Part shown: positions 16,684 through 25,210 of the stretch, piece by piece | How positions within the stretch are numbered: position 1 is the stretch's first letter | Layout: each line of letters starts with the position of its first letter | Assembly: GCA_041946805.1 (NCBI GenBank) | Contig: JBHGBC010000075.1 | Location: 1 to 28,055 of the forward strand | Reading direction: 5' to 3' | From: a bacterium | GTDB taxonomy: Bacteria; Hinthialibacterota; Hinthialibacteria; Hinthialibacterales; Hinthialibacteraceae | Length of the DNA: 28,055 nt | Made by a program: the position numbers and the translations under genes | The notes under the pieces: model-generated | The model's database searches: none | What the model was told of the DNA's origin: nothing | Seen by the model: the letters and a program-made list of their open reading frames with translations, nothing else

Positions 16684-17577
16684 TCAGGCCAGTCCCCACG
16701 ACTTCATGTTTCGCAGGCTGATGGCGATGCTCTCCATCGGGTCCCGTTGGCAGGTGTCCTGCTCCACGATGTAATACTGCACCTTCGCGGCTTTGGATGC
16801 TTCCAGAATCGCCGGCCAGTTCAGGTTGCCCTCGCCCACCTCCGCAAACACCCGCTTGGGATGGAACTCCTTCTCTACGGGCAGCATGGCCATGTCTTTC
16901 ATGTGCACCATCCGCACGCGCCCCGCCGCCTTGCGGATCCAATCCGCCGGATCGGCCCCGCCGTCCTGCACCCAGTACGTGTCGATTTCAAATCCAAAAT
17001 ACTTGGGATCGCTGGCGGTGCGGAGGATCTCCTGTCCCGTCTGGGCGCCGTATTTCACAAACTCGAAACTGTGATTGTGATATGCCAGGAACATGCCCGC
17101 GTCCGCCAGTTTCTGCCCGATGCCGCTGGCCACTTGGGCGAATTGATGGAAGCCTTTCGTGCTCCGGAATTCCGTGGGCAGGGCGCTGATGACCAGGTGG
17201 TTGCACCCCAGCTCCTTGTACTGGTCGATTTCTTTCTGGATTTCCTTGGTCAGGCCGTCCCACGAGGCATGCGCGGAGATCACCGTCAACGCGTTGTCCT
17301 TCACGATCCGGGCCAGCCGCGCGTTGTCGATGGGGCCCAGCCCGGCCAGCTCGATGTTGTCATAGCCGATTTGTTTGACTTTCGCGAGCGAGCGGGCGAT
17401 GTCGTCCGGGGTTTTGAGAAAATCCCGGATGGTGTAGAGAATCATGCCGATGCGGCTGCCACCGGCCGCTCCCGCGCTTTCGCCGGCCCGGGCGGTGAAG
17501 GGTAGGCCGGTTTTCAAAGCCAGCGCGGCGGCCGCGCCGGTTCCCCAAAATTGACGCCGATTCATGAGCGTAGACAT
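16684..17577 (-). CDS. Tat-exported sugar phosphate isomerase/epimerase (xylose-isomerase-like TIM barrel)
   Basis: NRRQF twin-arginine leader; YHNH, FEIDTYW, HMKD, EVGEG, IVEQD motifs. ATG at 17577 has GAGGA 8 nt upstream, preferred over the TTG at 17598. Confidence 0.88.
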   Translation of the reverse strand: MSTLMNRRQFWGTGAAAALALKTGLPFTARAGESAGAAGGSRIGMILYTIRDFLKTPDDIARSLAKVKQIGYDNIELAGLGPIDNARLARIVKDNALTVISAHASWDGLTKEIQKEIDQYKELGCNHLVISALPTEFRSTKGFHQFAQVASGIGQKLADAGMFLAYHNHSFEFVKYGAQTGQEILRTASDPKYFGFEIDTYWVQDGGADPADWIRKAAGRVRMVHMKDMAMLPVEKEFHPKRVFAEVGEGNLNWPAILEASKAAKVQYYIVEQDTCQRDPMESIAISLRNMKSWGLA

Positions 17578-17698
17578 GATGGAGGTCCTCGTTTCCAACA
17601 GGATGGAAAAACGGATTATTGTACCATACTCCCGGGAAGCCGTTTAAGGCTGGGGCGGAGATATGGCTGGTGATGGCTCCGGATGGGGAAAGCCAGAT

Positions 17699-18031
17699 TT
17701 ACTGGCTGATTTTCGAGTTTTTTTTGCGAAAGACCGCGTTTTTGGTGAGCACGAATTCTTCTTTTTTGGGTTCCATCAGCTGATTCTTGTACCAACTGCC
17801 ATTTCGGACGATGTATTCGGGCAAATAATTCGCTCCGTACGTGTCGCCATCCTGGCAGAGGTAAATCATTCCCTCCGAATATTCGCCGGCGTCGTCCTCG
17901 CTTTCCACCGCCGCGGTTCCATCGCCGGCGGAGATCACGATGGTCCACTCCGTGCCGCGTTCATCGGTAAACGTGGTGCCGGATTTAAGCAGGGAATCCG
18001 GCTTGTTCGCGCGAATGGTTTTCACTTTCAT
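17699..18031 (-). CDS. Small hypothetical protein (~110 aa)
   Basis: Fills the gap between two minus-strand genes and has protein-like composition. Start uncertain (ATG 18031 or the ORF-track start at 18064); a TATAAT lies on the minus strand at 18079-18084. Confidence 0.6.
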   Translation of the reverse strand: MKVKTIRANKPDSLLKSGTTFTDERGTEWTIVISAGDGTAAVESEDDAGEYSEGMIYLCQDGDTYGANYLPEYIVRNGSWYKNQLMEPKKEEFVLTKNAVFRKKNSKISQ

Positions 18032-18151
18032 AATCGGGATCCGATCTTTCTCTCGTTTCACCAAAATCGTGTGTTTTCATTATATCCACCTTGGGGAGAA
18101 ATGGGGAATGGAAAACGGTTCCCTTCAGCCATTCTCCTGCCGGATCGGGTC

Positions 18152-19450
18152 TCATTCCCGCCGTAAAAAAACGACTGTCTCCAAATGGTGGGTTTGGGGA
18201 AACATGTCGAAGGGCTGCAGACTATCGATCGCATACCCCGCGTTCACCAGGGCTTTCACGTCCCGGGCCAGGGCGGCGGGATGACAGGAAATGATCGCGC
18301 ATTCCGGCGGCCGGTGACGGATCACCGCGGAAAGCGCCTCGGGCGAGAGTCCCGCGCGGGGGGGATTCAACACCCACGTGTCGAAGGTTTCCCGGCATTT
18401 CGCCAAATAATCCTCCAAGGGCTCGGCATGAATCTGAAGCCGATGGCCTAATCCCCCGTCTTCCGCTTGCTTGGCTGCCAGGAACGCCGCGTTTTGATCG
18501 AATTCCACTCCCACTACCTTCTCGAAGCGGTCCGCCAGCCGCCGGGTCAAGAGACCCGTGCCGCAGTAGCCATCGAGGACGCTTCCAAACCCCCGGAAGG
18601 GAAGATTCACGATGTGGTCATACAATTTCTCCCGCACCGCGTCGTTCACTTGCCGAAACACCTCCGTGGTGAAGTTCCCTCCAGCCTCCTTTTTCCCGGA
18701 GCGGGTGAAAACGCGGGGGGGACCGCCCAGGGAATCACGCAGGATCAAGCCATCGACCGGAGTGGGCTTCCCTAGCCAAACTTCAGCCAACTGTTCCTGG
18801 GCGGGAGGGGATAGTTTCACGTCCACGACCGACAAAATGAGTGTTGATTCTCGTACCTGGATCACCACACGGGAACCTTGGGGATGCGGGGAGGAGGGAG
18901 AAATGATTTCCGCGGGAAGGTAGTTAAGCCCTTCCCCGATGAGGGGAATGCATTTCCGGATGAGCGGATGGGCGATGGGACAATCGGTGATGGGCAGCAG
19001 CCGGTTCGGTTGGTAAATCCGGTGATAGCCAAGGGCGATATTTCCCTGGACTCGCTTGGCATGCAAATTGACTTTGTTGCGGTATTCCCAGGGCGGGGAG
19101 GGAACCGTGGCCGCCGCTGCCACCTCCAGGTGGGCGACGCGGCGGAAGGTTTCCTCCAGCCACTGCCGTTTCCATCGCAGCTGGTCCTCGTATGGCATAT
19201 GTTGCAGATGGCACCCCCCGCACGAGCCGAAATAGGGGCATGGGGGTTCGTTGCGGCCGGCGGGTGGATTGGCGGGAGTAATCATCATCCGGGGCAGGGC
19301 GCGGCTGTAATTCTTTTTCGATTCGATGACCTCCGCGCTCCAGGTTTCCCCGGGGAGGGTGAAGGGGATGAAAGTCACCCTGCCGCCCGCGCGGGAGATC
19401 CCCTCGCCGTGCGTGGAAAGCGTGGAAATGAGGTAGGCGGTTTCGGTCAC
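18152..19450 (-). CDS. rlmD: RlmD/RumA-family 23S rRNA (uracil-C5)-methyltransferase with TRAM domain
   Basis: TRAM-like N-terminus (HGEGI...FIPFTLPGE), CPYFGSCGGC plus DC Fe-S ligands, YRNK, FRQVN, LDGYCGTG SAM motif, NPPRAG, ISCHP catalytic Cys, DMFPQTHHLE. Start overlaps the alaS stop. Exact target base not determinable. Confidence 0.88.
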   Translation of the reverse strand: MTETAYLISTLSTHGEGISRAGGRVTFIPFTLPGETWSAEVIESKKNYSRALPRMMITPANPPAGRNEPPCPYFGSCGGCHLQHMPYEDQLRWKRQWLEETFRRVAHLEVAAAATVPSPPWEYRNKVNLHAKRVQGNIALGYHRIYQPNRLLPITDCPIAHPLIRKCIPLIGEGLNYLPAEIISPSSPHPQGSRVVIQVRESTLILSVVDVKLSPPAQEQLAEVWLGKPTPVDGLILRDSLGGPPRVFTRSGKKEAGGNFTTEVFRQVNDAVREKLYDHIVNLPFRGFGSVLDGYCGTGLLTRRLADRFEKVVGVEFDQNAAFLAAKQAEDGGLGHRLQIHAEPLEDYLAKCRETFDTWVLNPPRAGLSPEALSAVIRHRPPECAIISCHPAALARDVKALVNAGYAIDSLQPFDMFPQTHHLETVVFLRRE

Positions 19451-22104
19451 GGCTGCAACGCCACGGCCACGAGGTCTTTCACTTTCTCAAGGGCCTCGGG
19501 CAATTTGCCGGGATCCTTGCCTCCGGCTTGCGCGCGGTTTTTGCGCCCGCCGCCGCTGCCGCCGGTGATTTTCGATATTTCCTTGACGATCCGCCCGGCG
19601 TCGAGTTTATGCGTCAGGTCGTCGCTGACCCCGCATACGAACGTGACTTTATCGCAGTCGCGGGAGGCCAGCACCGCCACCCGGTGTTTCGTTCCGTTGA
19701 TCAACGCATCCATGGCTGTCTGCAGGTCGTCTTTGCCGGAGTTTTCGAGTTCGTTGGTGATGACCGTGACAGAGCCGATCTCGACCGCCCCGGCCATCAG
19801 GTTCGTGGTTTCTCCCTTGAGCAGCTTTTGCCGCAGCTCCCGGTTTTCCTTTTCCAGTTGCCGAATCTGGTCCGCCATCCGGGTAAGCCGGGCGGGAATC
19901 TCTTCGGGCGCCACTTTCAACTCCATCGACAACGCGCGCAGCAGGCCGTGTTCGTTTTGCGTATGTTCCACCGCCCGGGGGCCGGTCAGGGCCTCGACGC
20001 GCCGGTTGCCCGCCGAGATCGAACTTTCCGATAGAATCCGGAAGCAGCCGATCTCGCCCGTCGCCCGCACATGGGTCCCGCCGCAGAGTTCCAGGCTGAT
20101 GGGGTGTTCCGGATCCCGTTCGTTCACCACTTCCACCATGCGGACTTCGTCGCCGTATTTCTCGCCGAACAGGGCCATGGCCCCTTTTTGCCGGGCGTTC
20201 TCGAGGGAAGTGATCTGCGTGCGGACCGGGTGATTCTCGTAGATCCACCGGTTGACCATGGCTTCAATCTTCCGCAGATCGTCCACCCCCACCGCCTCGT
20301 AGTGGGTGAAATCGAAGCGCAGATAGCCCGGTTCGACCAGGGACCCGGATTGCTTGATATGGCTGCCCAGCACGGACCGCAGCGCGGCGTGCAGCAGGTG
20401 CGTGGCGGTGTGGTTCTTCAGGGTAGGGAAGCGGGATTCCAGGCTCACGCTCAACCGCGCCGGGCTGCCCTCGCGGATGGTCCCGCGCTCCACCATGCCG
20501 AAATGCACGTACACGTTGGACGCGGTTTTGCGGGTGGTTTCCACCTCCACCAGCCAGTCTTCCTCCAATCCCTCGATGGTTCCCTTGTCCCCCACCTGGC
20601 CGCCCGCTTCCGCATAGAAGGGAGTCTTCCCGGCGACAATCTCCACCTCCTGCCCGGCGACCACCGCGTCCACCCGCCGGCCGTTTTGGAACAGGGCGGT
20701 CACCCGGCTTTCCTCCGCGTCCGCGGTGTATCCCGTGAAGGTGGAAGGCGGAATGTCGACATCCACTTCCACCTTGGTCTCGCCCGAGCCTTGCCACGCG
20801 GCCTGCGCCCGTTTCCGCTGTTCCGCCATGCAGGCATCGAAGCCCGCCTCGTCGAAGCCCTTGAAGCCCCACTCTTGCAGAATTTCCAGGGTCGAATCGG
20901 TAGGAAATCCGTAAGTATCGTGCAAGATAAACACCTTTTCCCCTGAAAGCACCGACTCGCCCTGGGCGCGCGACTCGACCATTATTTCCTCGAGTTTGGC
21001 CAGGCCGCGGCTGAAGGTGCTGCGAAACGCCTCTTCCTCCGCGATGGCGATCCGCCGGGTGTAGTTGAGCCGCTCCAGCAGATCGGGATACTCCTTGCGG
21101 TTCACCTCGGCCACGACCTCCATGGCGGGGGCCATCAAGTTGCTTTCGATCCCCAGCTTGAGGCCGTGCCGGACCGCCCGGCGCATGATCCGCCGCAGCA
21201 CGTAGCCCCGGCCCGTGTTGGCGGGCGTGACCTGGTCGGTCAGCACGAACAAGGTGGCTCGGATATGGTCCGCCAGCACCCGGAACGAGACATCCAGCGC
21301 GGGATCCTGACGGAACTGGAATCCCGTCCGCTCCTCGAAATAGCGGATGATGGGATAGAGCGTGTCCGTCTCGAAATTGGAATGCACGCCCTGCATGATG
21401 GCCGCCAGGCGTTCCAGCCCCAAACCGGTATCGATATTCTTGCGCGCCAGCGGTTTCAGGGATCCGTCTTCCTGCCGGTCGTATTGGGTGAACACCAGGT
21501 TCCAATATTCCAAAAAGCGGGCGTCTTCCGACTCATCGGCAGGCGTGGCGTTTTCTTTTCCGGTTCCATATTCCGGGCCGAAATCGTAATACAACTCCGA
21601 GCAGGGGCCGGAGGGGCCGAGAATCCCCGAGGCGGGCCAGAAGTTGTCCTTCTCGCCCATGCGCACGATCCGCTCCGGCCGGATATTGGTTTCCTTGAGC
21701 CAGATGTCCGCCGATTCTTCATCTTTTTCGTAGATGCTGACCCAGATTTTGTCCTGGGGCAGTTTCATGACATCGACCGAGAATTCCCACGCCCAGCGGA
21801 TGGCGTCCTGCTTGAAATAGTCGCCGAACGAAAAATTGCCCAGCATTTCAAAAAAAGTATGGTGGCGTTCCGTATGGCCCACGTTCTCGATGTCGCTGGT
21901 CCGGAAGCACTTCTGGCAGGTCGTGGCCCGCTTGAGCCGGTCGCCCATCTCGCCCCGGAAATAGGGCTTGAACTGCACCATCCCGGCACTGGAAAACAAC
22001 AAGGTGGGATCGTTCTTGGGGACCAGCGAATCGCTGGGCCATGCTTCGTGTCCCCGTTGGACGAAAAATTCACGATACTGGTCGCGTATCTCCTGGCTCT
22101 TCAT
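19447..22104 (-). CDS. alaS: Alanine--tRNA ligase
   Basis: DPTLLFSSAGMVQFK, HHTFFEMLGNFSFGDYFK, NIDTGLGLERL, GRGYVLRRIMRRA, TPFYAEAGGQVGD; editing motifs HTATH and ELCGGTH; C-terminal GGSGGG..AQAGG. Confidence 0.99.
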   Translation of the reverse strand: MKSQEIRDQYREFFVQRGHEAWPSDSLVPKNDPTLLFSSAGMVQFKPYFRGEMGDRLKRATTCQKCFRTSDIENVGHTERHHTFFEMLGNFSFGDYFKQDAIRWAWEFSVDVMKLPQDKIWVSIYEKDEESADIWLKETNIRPERIVRMGEKDNFWPASGILGPSGPCSELYYDFGPEYGTGKENATPADESEDARFLEYWNLVFTQYDRQEDGSLKPLARKNIDTGLGLERLAAIMQGVHSNFETDTLYPIIRYFEERTGFQFRQDPALDVSFRVLADHIRATLFVLTDQVTPANTGRGYVLRRIMRRAVRHGLKLGIESNLMAPAMEVVAEVNRKEYPDLLERLNYTRRIAIAEEEAFRSTFSRGLAKLEEIMVESRAQGESVLSGEKVFILHDTYGFPTDSTLEILQEWGFKGFDEAGFDACMAEQRKRAQAAWQGSGETKVEVDVDIPPSTFTGYTADAEESRVTALFQNGRRVDAVVAGQEVEIVAGKTPFYAEAGGQVGDKGTIEGLEEDWLVEVETTRKTASNVYVHFGMVERGTIREGSPARLSVSLESRFPTLKNHTATHLLHAALRSVLGSHIKQSGSLVEPGYLRFDFTHYEAVGVDDLRKIEAMVNRWIYENHPVRTQITSLENARQKGAMALFGEKYGDEVRMVEVVNERDPEHPISLELCGGTHVRATGEIGCFRILSESSISAGNRRVEALTGPRAVEHTQNEHGLLRALSMELKVAPEEIPARLTRMADQIRQLEKENRELRQKLLKGETTNLMAGAVEIGSVTVITNELENSGKDDLQTAMDALINGTKHRVAVLASRDCDKVTFVCGVSDDLTHKLDAGRIVKEISKITGGSGGGRKNRAQAGGKDPGKLPEALEKVKDLVAVALQP

Positions 22105-22274
22105 CTCGGCACCTGGCGGATCCTTTTGAAATTCATGGAATCATTTTACTTGAATGAAGAAAACGGGATGAGTATAGAAGCGATGGATCCTAGCGGCAAT
22201 CTCCACCGCGGGCGGTTGATAATCCGGCAGGTGGAGTATCTATGTTCGTTTCCCATTGCCTCTCGCAAAACAAT

Positions 22275-22306
22275 TCCCTCCCCCCAGGAGAGGGATAGGG
22301 TGAGGG
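22275..22306 (-). repeat. REP-like palindromic repeat, copy 3
   Basis: Reverse complement CCCTCACCCTATCCCTCTCCTGGGGGGAGGGA, in the divergent intergenic region upstream of alaS. Confidence 0.7.
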
Positions 22307-22450
22307 AAAGTCTTTCAGCTAGGTATCAACCCTCGGGACTTTTTTCTCCGGCTTTCATTCTTTGGCAATGATTCCGGATATGGTAGGATGGGACCGGACC
22401 GATTTGCTCGTCTCTTGGTTGCATTCGAATATCCCTAGAAGGAGAAATCC

Positions 22451-23494
22451 ATGAATCCACTTTTATCCCCCAACCGCCGTGAGTTTCTTTCCGCCGCCTC
22501 GCTGGCCGTCTTGGGCGCGGCCGCCGCCTCTCCGGGAAGGGCCGCGGAATCATCCCAGCCGGTGATTCCTCCGGGTTTCAAGCCGGGCGAGATGAAGATC
22601 GGCTGTGTCAGTTGGAATTTCCGGGGTATCGGCGACGCGTTTCCGTTTGATGAGCCTATAGAGATCGTCGGCGGAATGGGCTTCGACGCCATCGAACTGA
22701 TTGTCTCCCAGCCCGGCGACCTCGACGCGTACTGGAAGAAGGAATCCGTCATTTCCGGCCTCCAGAAAAAACTGAAATCGTACAACTTGGCCGTTTCCCA
22801 ATTCGTGTTGTTCCAGAACGCGGTGGCGGACCTCTCCAGCCTGGACAGCGACCGCCGCAACCGCAGCCTGGACGTTTTCGAACAAAGCTGCCAGATCGCC
22901 GCCCGGCTTAACGCGCCCTTCATCAACATGGTCGCCCCGTGGGCGCGGGAACTTACGGGCCCCAGCGATTATCTCCCCCGGTATTTCGCGGTCTCCAAGA
23001 ACGACAAAAATCCCAAATTTCACATCGATATCGCCCCGGGATTTGATTACGAGGCCGTGTGGGATACATTTGTCCATACCATGAAGGGCTGCGCCGAACG
23101 GGCGGCCCACCATGGCATCCGCTTCTCGCTGGAAAACCACACCCACACCCTGGTACACGATTCCACCGCGTTCCTGCGCCTCTGGGACCAGGTCCGGCAT
23201 CCCGCCCTGGGGATGAATTTGGACATCGGCTGGATTCAACTGCAACGCGAGTATCCGCCCTTCGCCATACACAAGGTCAAGAATCATTTGATGAATTTGC
23301 ACGTGCGCGACATCGACAGCCCCGGCCTGGTGTTTGTGGGCATCGGCGAAGGGGTGATGGATTTCAAGGCGGTCATCGAAACCCTGAAAACCATCGGCTA
23401 CACGGGCTATCTCACCTTCGAGCAGGATGGCGTGCCCGACATGCGTAAAACCCTCGCGAATGGGAAGAAGATGATCGAGGAATTAATTGGGTGA
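22451..23494 (+). CDS. Tat-exported sugar phosphate isomerase/epimerase (xylose-isomerase-like TIM barrel)
   Basis: RBS AAGGAG; NRREFL twin-arginine leader; GFDAIEL, LENH, NLDIG, HVRD, IGEGVMDF, GYLTFEQ. Confidence 0.9.
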   Translation: MNPLLSPNRREFLSAASLAVLGAAAASPGRAAESSQPVIPPGFKPGEMKIGCVSWNFRGIGDAFPFDEPIEIVGGMGFDAIELIVSQPGDLDAYWKKESVISGLQKKLKSYNLAVSQFVLFQNAVADLSSLDSDRRNRSLDVFEQSCQIAARLNAPFINMVAPWARELTGPSDYLPRYFAVSKNDKNPKFHIDIAPGFDYEAVWDTFVHTMKGCAERAAHHGIRFSLENHTHTLVHDSTAFLRLWDQVRHPALGMNLDIGWIQLQREYPPFAIHKVKNHLMNLHVRDIDSPGLVFVGIGEGVMDFKAVIETLKTIGYTGYLTFEQDGVPDMRKTLANGKKMIEELIG

Positions 23495-23529
23495 TTACTG
23501 CGACCCAATATTCTAAGGAACAGGGAATC

Positions 23530-24903
23530 ATGGATTTATTTTTTTATCGGCATATTTATGTATTTTTCATTTTCCTCCTTCCCCTCACCGGTCTCTCGGA
23601 CCGGTGCCCGCTGCCGGAATCCTTCGACGCTCACGCGGTATATTCCCGCACGGTTTATGCGTCTCCCGCCGGCAGCGATGCCAACGGGGATGGTTCGGAA
23701 AACCGTCCGTTCCGCACCTTAAGCCGCGCCGCCCAGAATGCACAACCGGGAACGCGGATTCTCTTGCGTTCCGGCGAGTATCCCACGGGAACGTTTTTAA
23801 CCAACCTGCAAGGCACGGCGGAGTCTCCCATCCTGATATCCGGCGCGCCAGGAGAAGAACCACCGGTCTTCAAGGGTGGTATGGAAGGCCTGCACCTGGT
23901 TGATCCCCGGTATGTGGTCTTGCAGAATCTCCACGTGACCGGGGCATCGGGCAACGGCATCAACATCGATGACGGGGGATCTTACGACTCACCCGCCGAG
24001 TTTGTCATTTTACGGAACCTCACCGTCACCGACATCGGCCCCTCGGGCAACCATGATGGCATCAAACTATCGGGGCTGGATCATTTCCGGGTGGAACGCT
24101 GTACGATCGTCAATCCCGGCGACGGCGGGTCGGCCATCGACATGGTCGGCTGCCATGAGGGAATCCTCGCGTTCAATCAGGTAGGCCCGTGCCAAGGTTC
24201 GGGCATTCAGGCGAAGGGAGGCGCCAGCCGCCTCCTGATCTACGCGAACCGGTTTGAAAAAGCGGGATCGCGGGCCATCAACGCGGGCGGCTCCACCGGC
24301 ATGCAATTTTTCCGCCCCCGGGACGCCCCCTTCGAAGCCGCCGAACTCACCATCTGGGCGAATACCTTCACCGGTTCCCAAGCCCCCGTGGCGTTTGTGG
24401 GCAGTGAAAAATGTCTGTTCGCTCACAACACCATTTTTCAGCCGGGAAAGTGGGTGATCCGGATTCTGCAAGAAAACCTGGATGCCCAACTCATCCGCTG
24501 CCGGGACAATGTGTTCGCCAACAACATCGTGATCGTCGATGGCCAGGTCAACACCTTCGTGAATATCGGCCCCAACACCCATCCCGAGACGTTTCTCTTT
24601 GCCCGCAACCTGTGGTATCACCTCACCGTGTTGTCCTTCCGGGGGCCCGATCTGCCCACGCGCGAAACGGAAGGGCTGATTCAGAAAAATCCCCTGCTGA
24701 ACGATCCTGAACAGGGCGATTTCCACCCTCGATCCGGCAGCCCGGCGCTCGGCGCGGGAACGGACCTGACCGAGATCCTCAAGCCGCTCGGCCTATCGGT
24801 TTCCCCCGTGGGGGATGGGGATGAAAATTGTTGGAACGTTCCTCCGGCCCTCGGCGCATACGAGCTGCCGGCCACCACCGCGGTGAAGGACGAATGGCCC
24901 TGA
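23530..24903 (+). CDS. Secreted right-handed parallel beta-helix (pectin-lyase-like fold) protein
   Basis: Hydrophobic leader (IYVFFIFLLPLTG); N-cap motif VYASPAGSDANGDGSENRPFRTL..A...AQPG..I.LRSGEY; Asn/Gly/Asp repeats (GNGINID, HDGIKLSG, SAIDMVG, AHNTI, FANNI); C-terminal DFHPRSGSPA...LGAYE. ATG 23530 chosen over GTG 23491. Confidence 0.85.
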   Translation: MDLFFYRHIYVFFIFLLPLTGLSDRCPLPESFDAHAVYSRTVYASPAGSDANGDGSENRPFRTLSRAAQNAQPGTRILLRSGEYPTGTFLTNLQGTAESPILISGAPGEEPPVFKGGMEGLHLVDPRYVVLQNLHVTGASGNGINIDDGGSYDSPAEFVILRNLTVTDIGPSGNHDGIKLSGLDHFRVERCTIVNPGDGGSAIDMVGCHEGILAFNQVGPCQGSGIQAKGGASRLLIYANRFEKAGSRAINAGGSTGMQFFRPRDAPFEAAELTIWANTFTGSQAPVAFVGSEKCLFAHNTIFQPGKWVIRILQENLDAQLIRCRDNVFANNIVIVDGQVNTFVNIGPNTHPETFLFARNLWYHLTVLSFRGPDLPTRETEGLIQKNPLLNDPEQGDFHPRSGSPALGAGTDLTEILKPLGLSVSPVGDGDENCWNVPPALGAYELPATTAVKDEWP

Positions 24904-24967
24904 TTGCGGATGAACTGGATTTGAATTCGTGTAGACAGTTGATTTTGTTGGGATTTCGCGGGGAGTA

Positions 24968-25009
24968 TGGAGCGCAAGGGATTCGAACCCTCGACCCCTA
25001 CCTTGCGAA
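24968..25009 (-). pseudogene. 3' fragment of tRNA-Ala(CGC), interpreted as the att junction of an integrated element
   Basis: Minus strand: TTCGCAA (anticodon loop) GGTAG GGGTC GAGGG-TTCGAAT-CCCTT (T arm) GCGCTCC-A (acceptor 3' strand with U70, discriminator A). No D arm or 5' acceptor strand upstream, and no CCA. Confidence 0.88.
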
Positions 25010-25099
25010 AGTGGTATAAGTGTAAAAAATATTTCTTCTAATATCAGTAATATCCTCATTTATCTGCACTTATAAATCTACAATTTTCGTTAATTTCCC

Positions 25100-25128
25100 T
25101 TGAAAACTGCCGAAAAGTGATATAAATT
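25100..25128 (+). promoter_or_regulatory. Candidate integrase promoter
   Basis: TTGAAA, 17 nt, TAAATT; also an overlapping TG-A-TATAAA. Confidence 0.4.
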
Positions 25129-25130
25129 GG

Positions 25131-25160
25131 TGGGCAGAGGTGGGTAAATCTGGGTAAAAA
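25131..25160 (+). repeat. Three 10-bp phased TGGG repeats (candidate integrase arm-type sites)
   Basis: TGGGCAGAGG TGGGTAAATC TGGGTAAAAA, ~120 bp inside the att core. Confidence 0.55.
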
Positions 25161-25210
25161 ACGAACCTTACTTTTCGAGTCATATTTTATCAATATTTTT
25201 GCATAAATAG

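Noticed and set aside
18878..21505. Long alternative-frame ORFs overlapping rlmD and alaS
   Set aside because: Shadow frames of well-conserved housekeeping genes.
22105..22450. T-box riboswitch upstream of alaS
   Set aside because: No T-box consensus or terminator/antiterminator pair seen on the minus strand.
24968..25045. Intact or intron-split tRNA-Ala gene
   Set aside because: No D arm or 5' acceptor strand, no intron-like structure seen, and the adjacent integrase explains the fragment.
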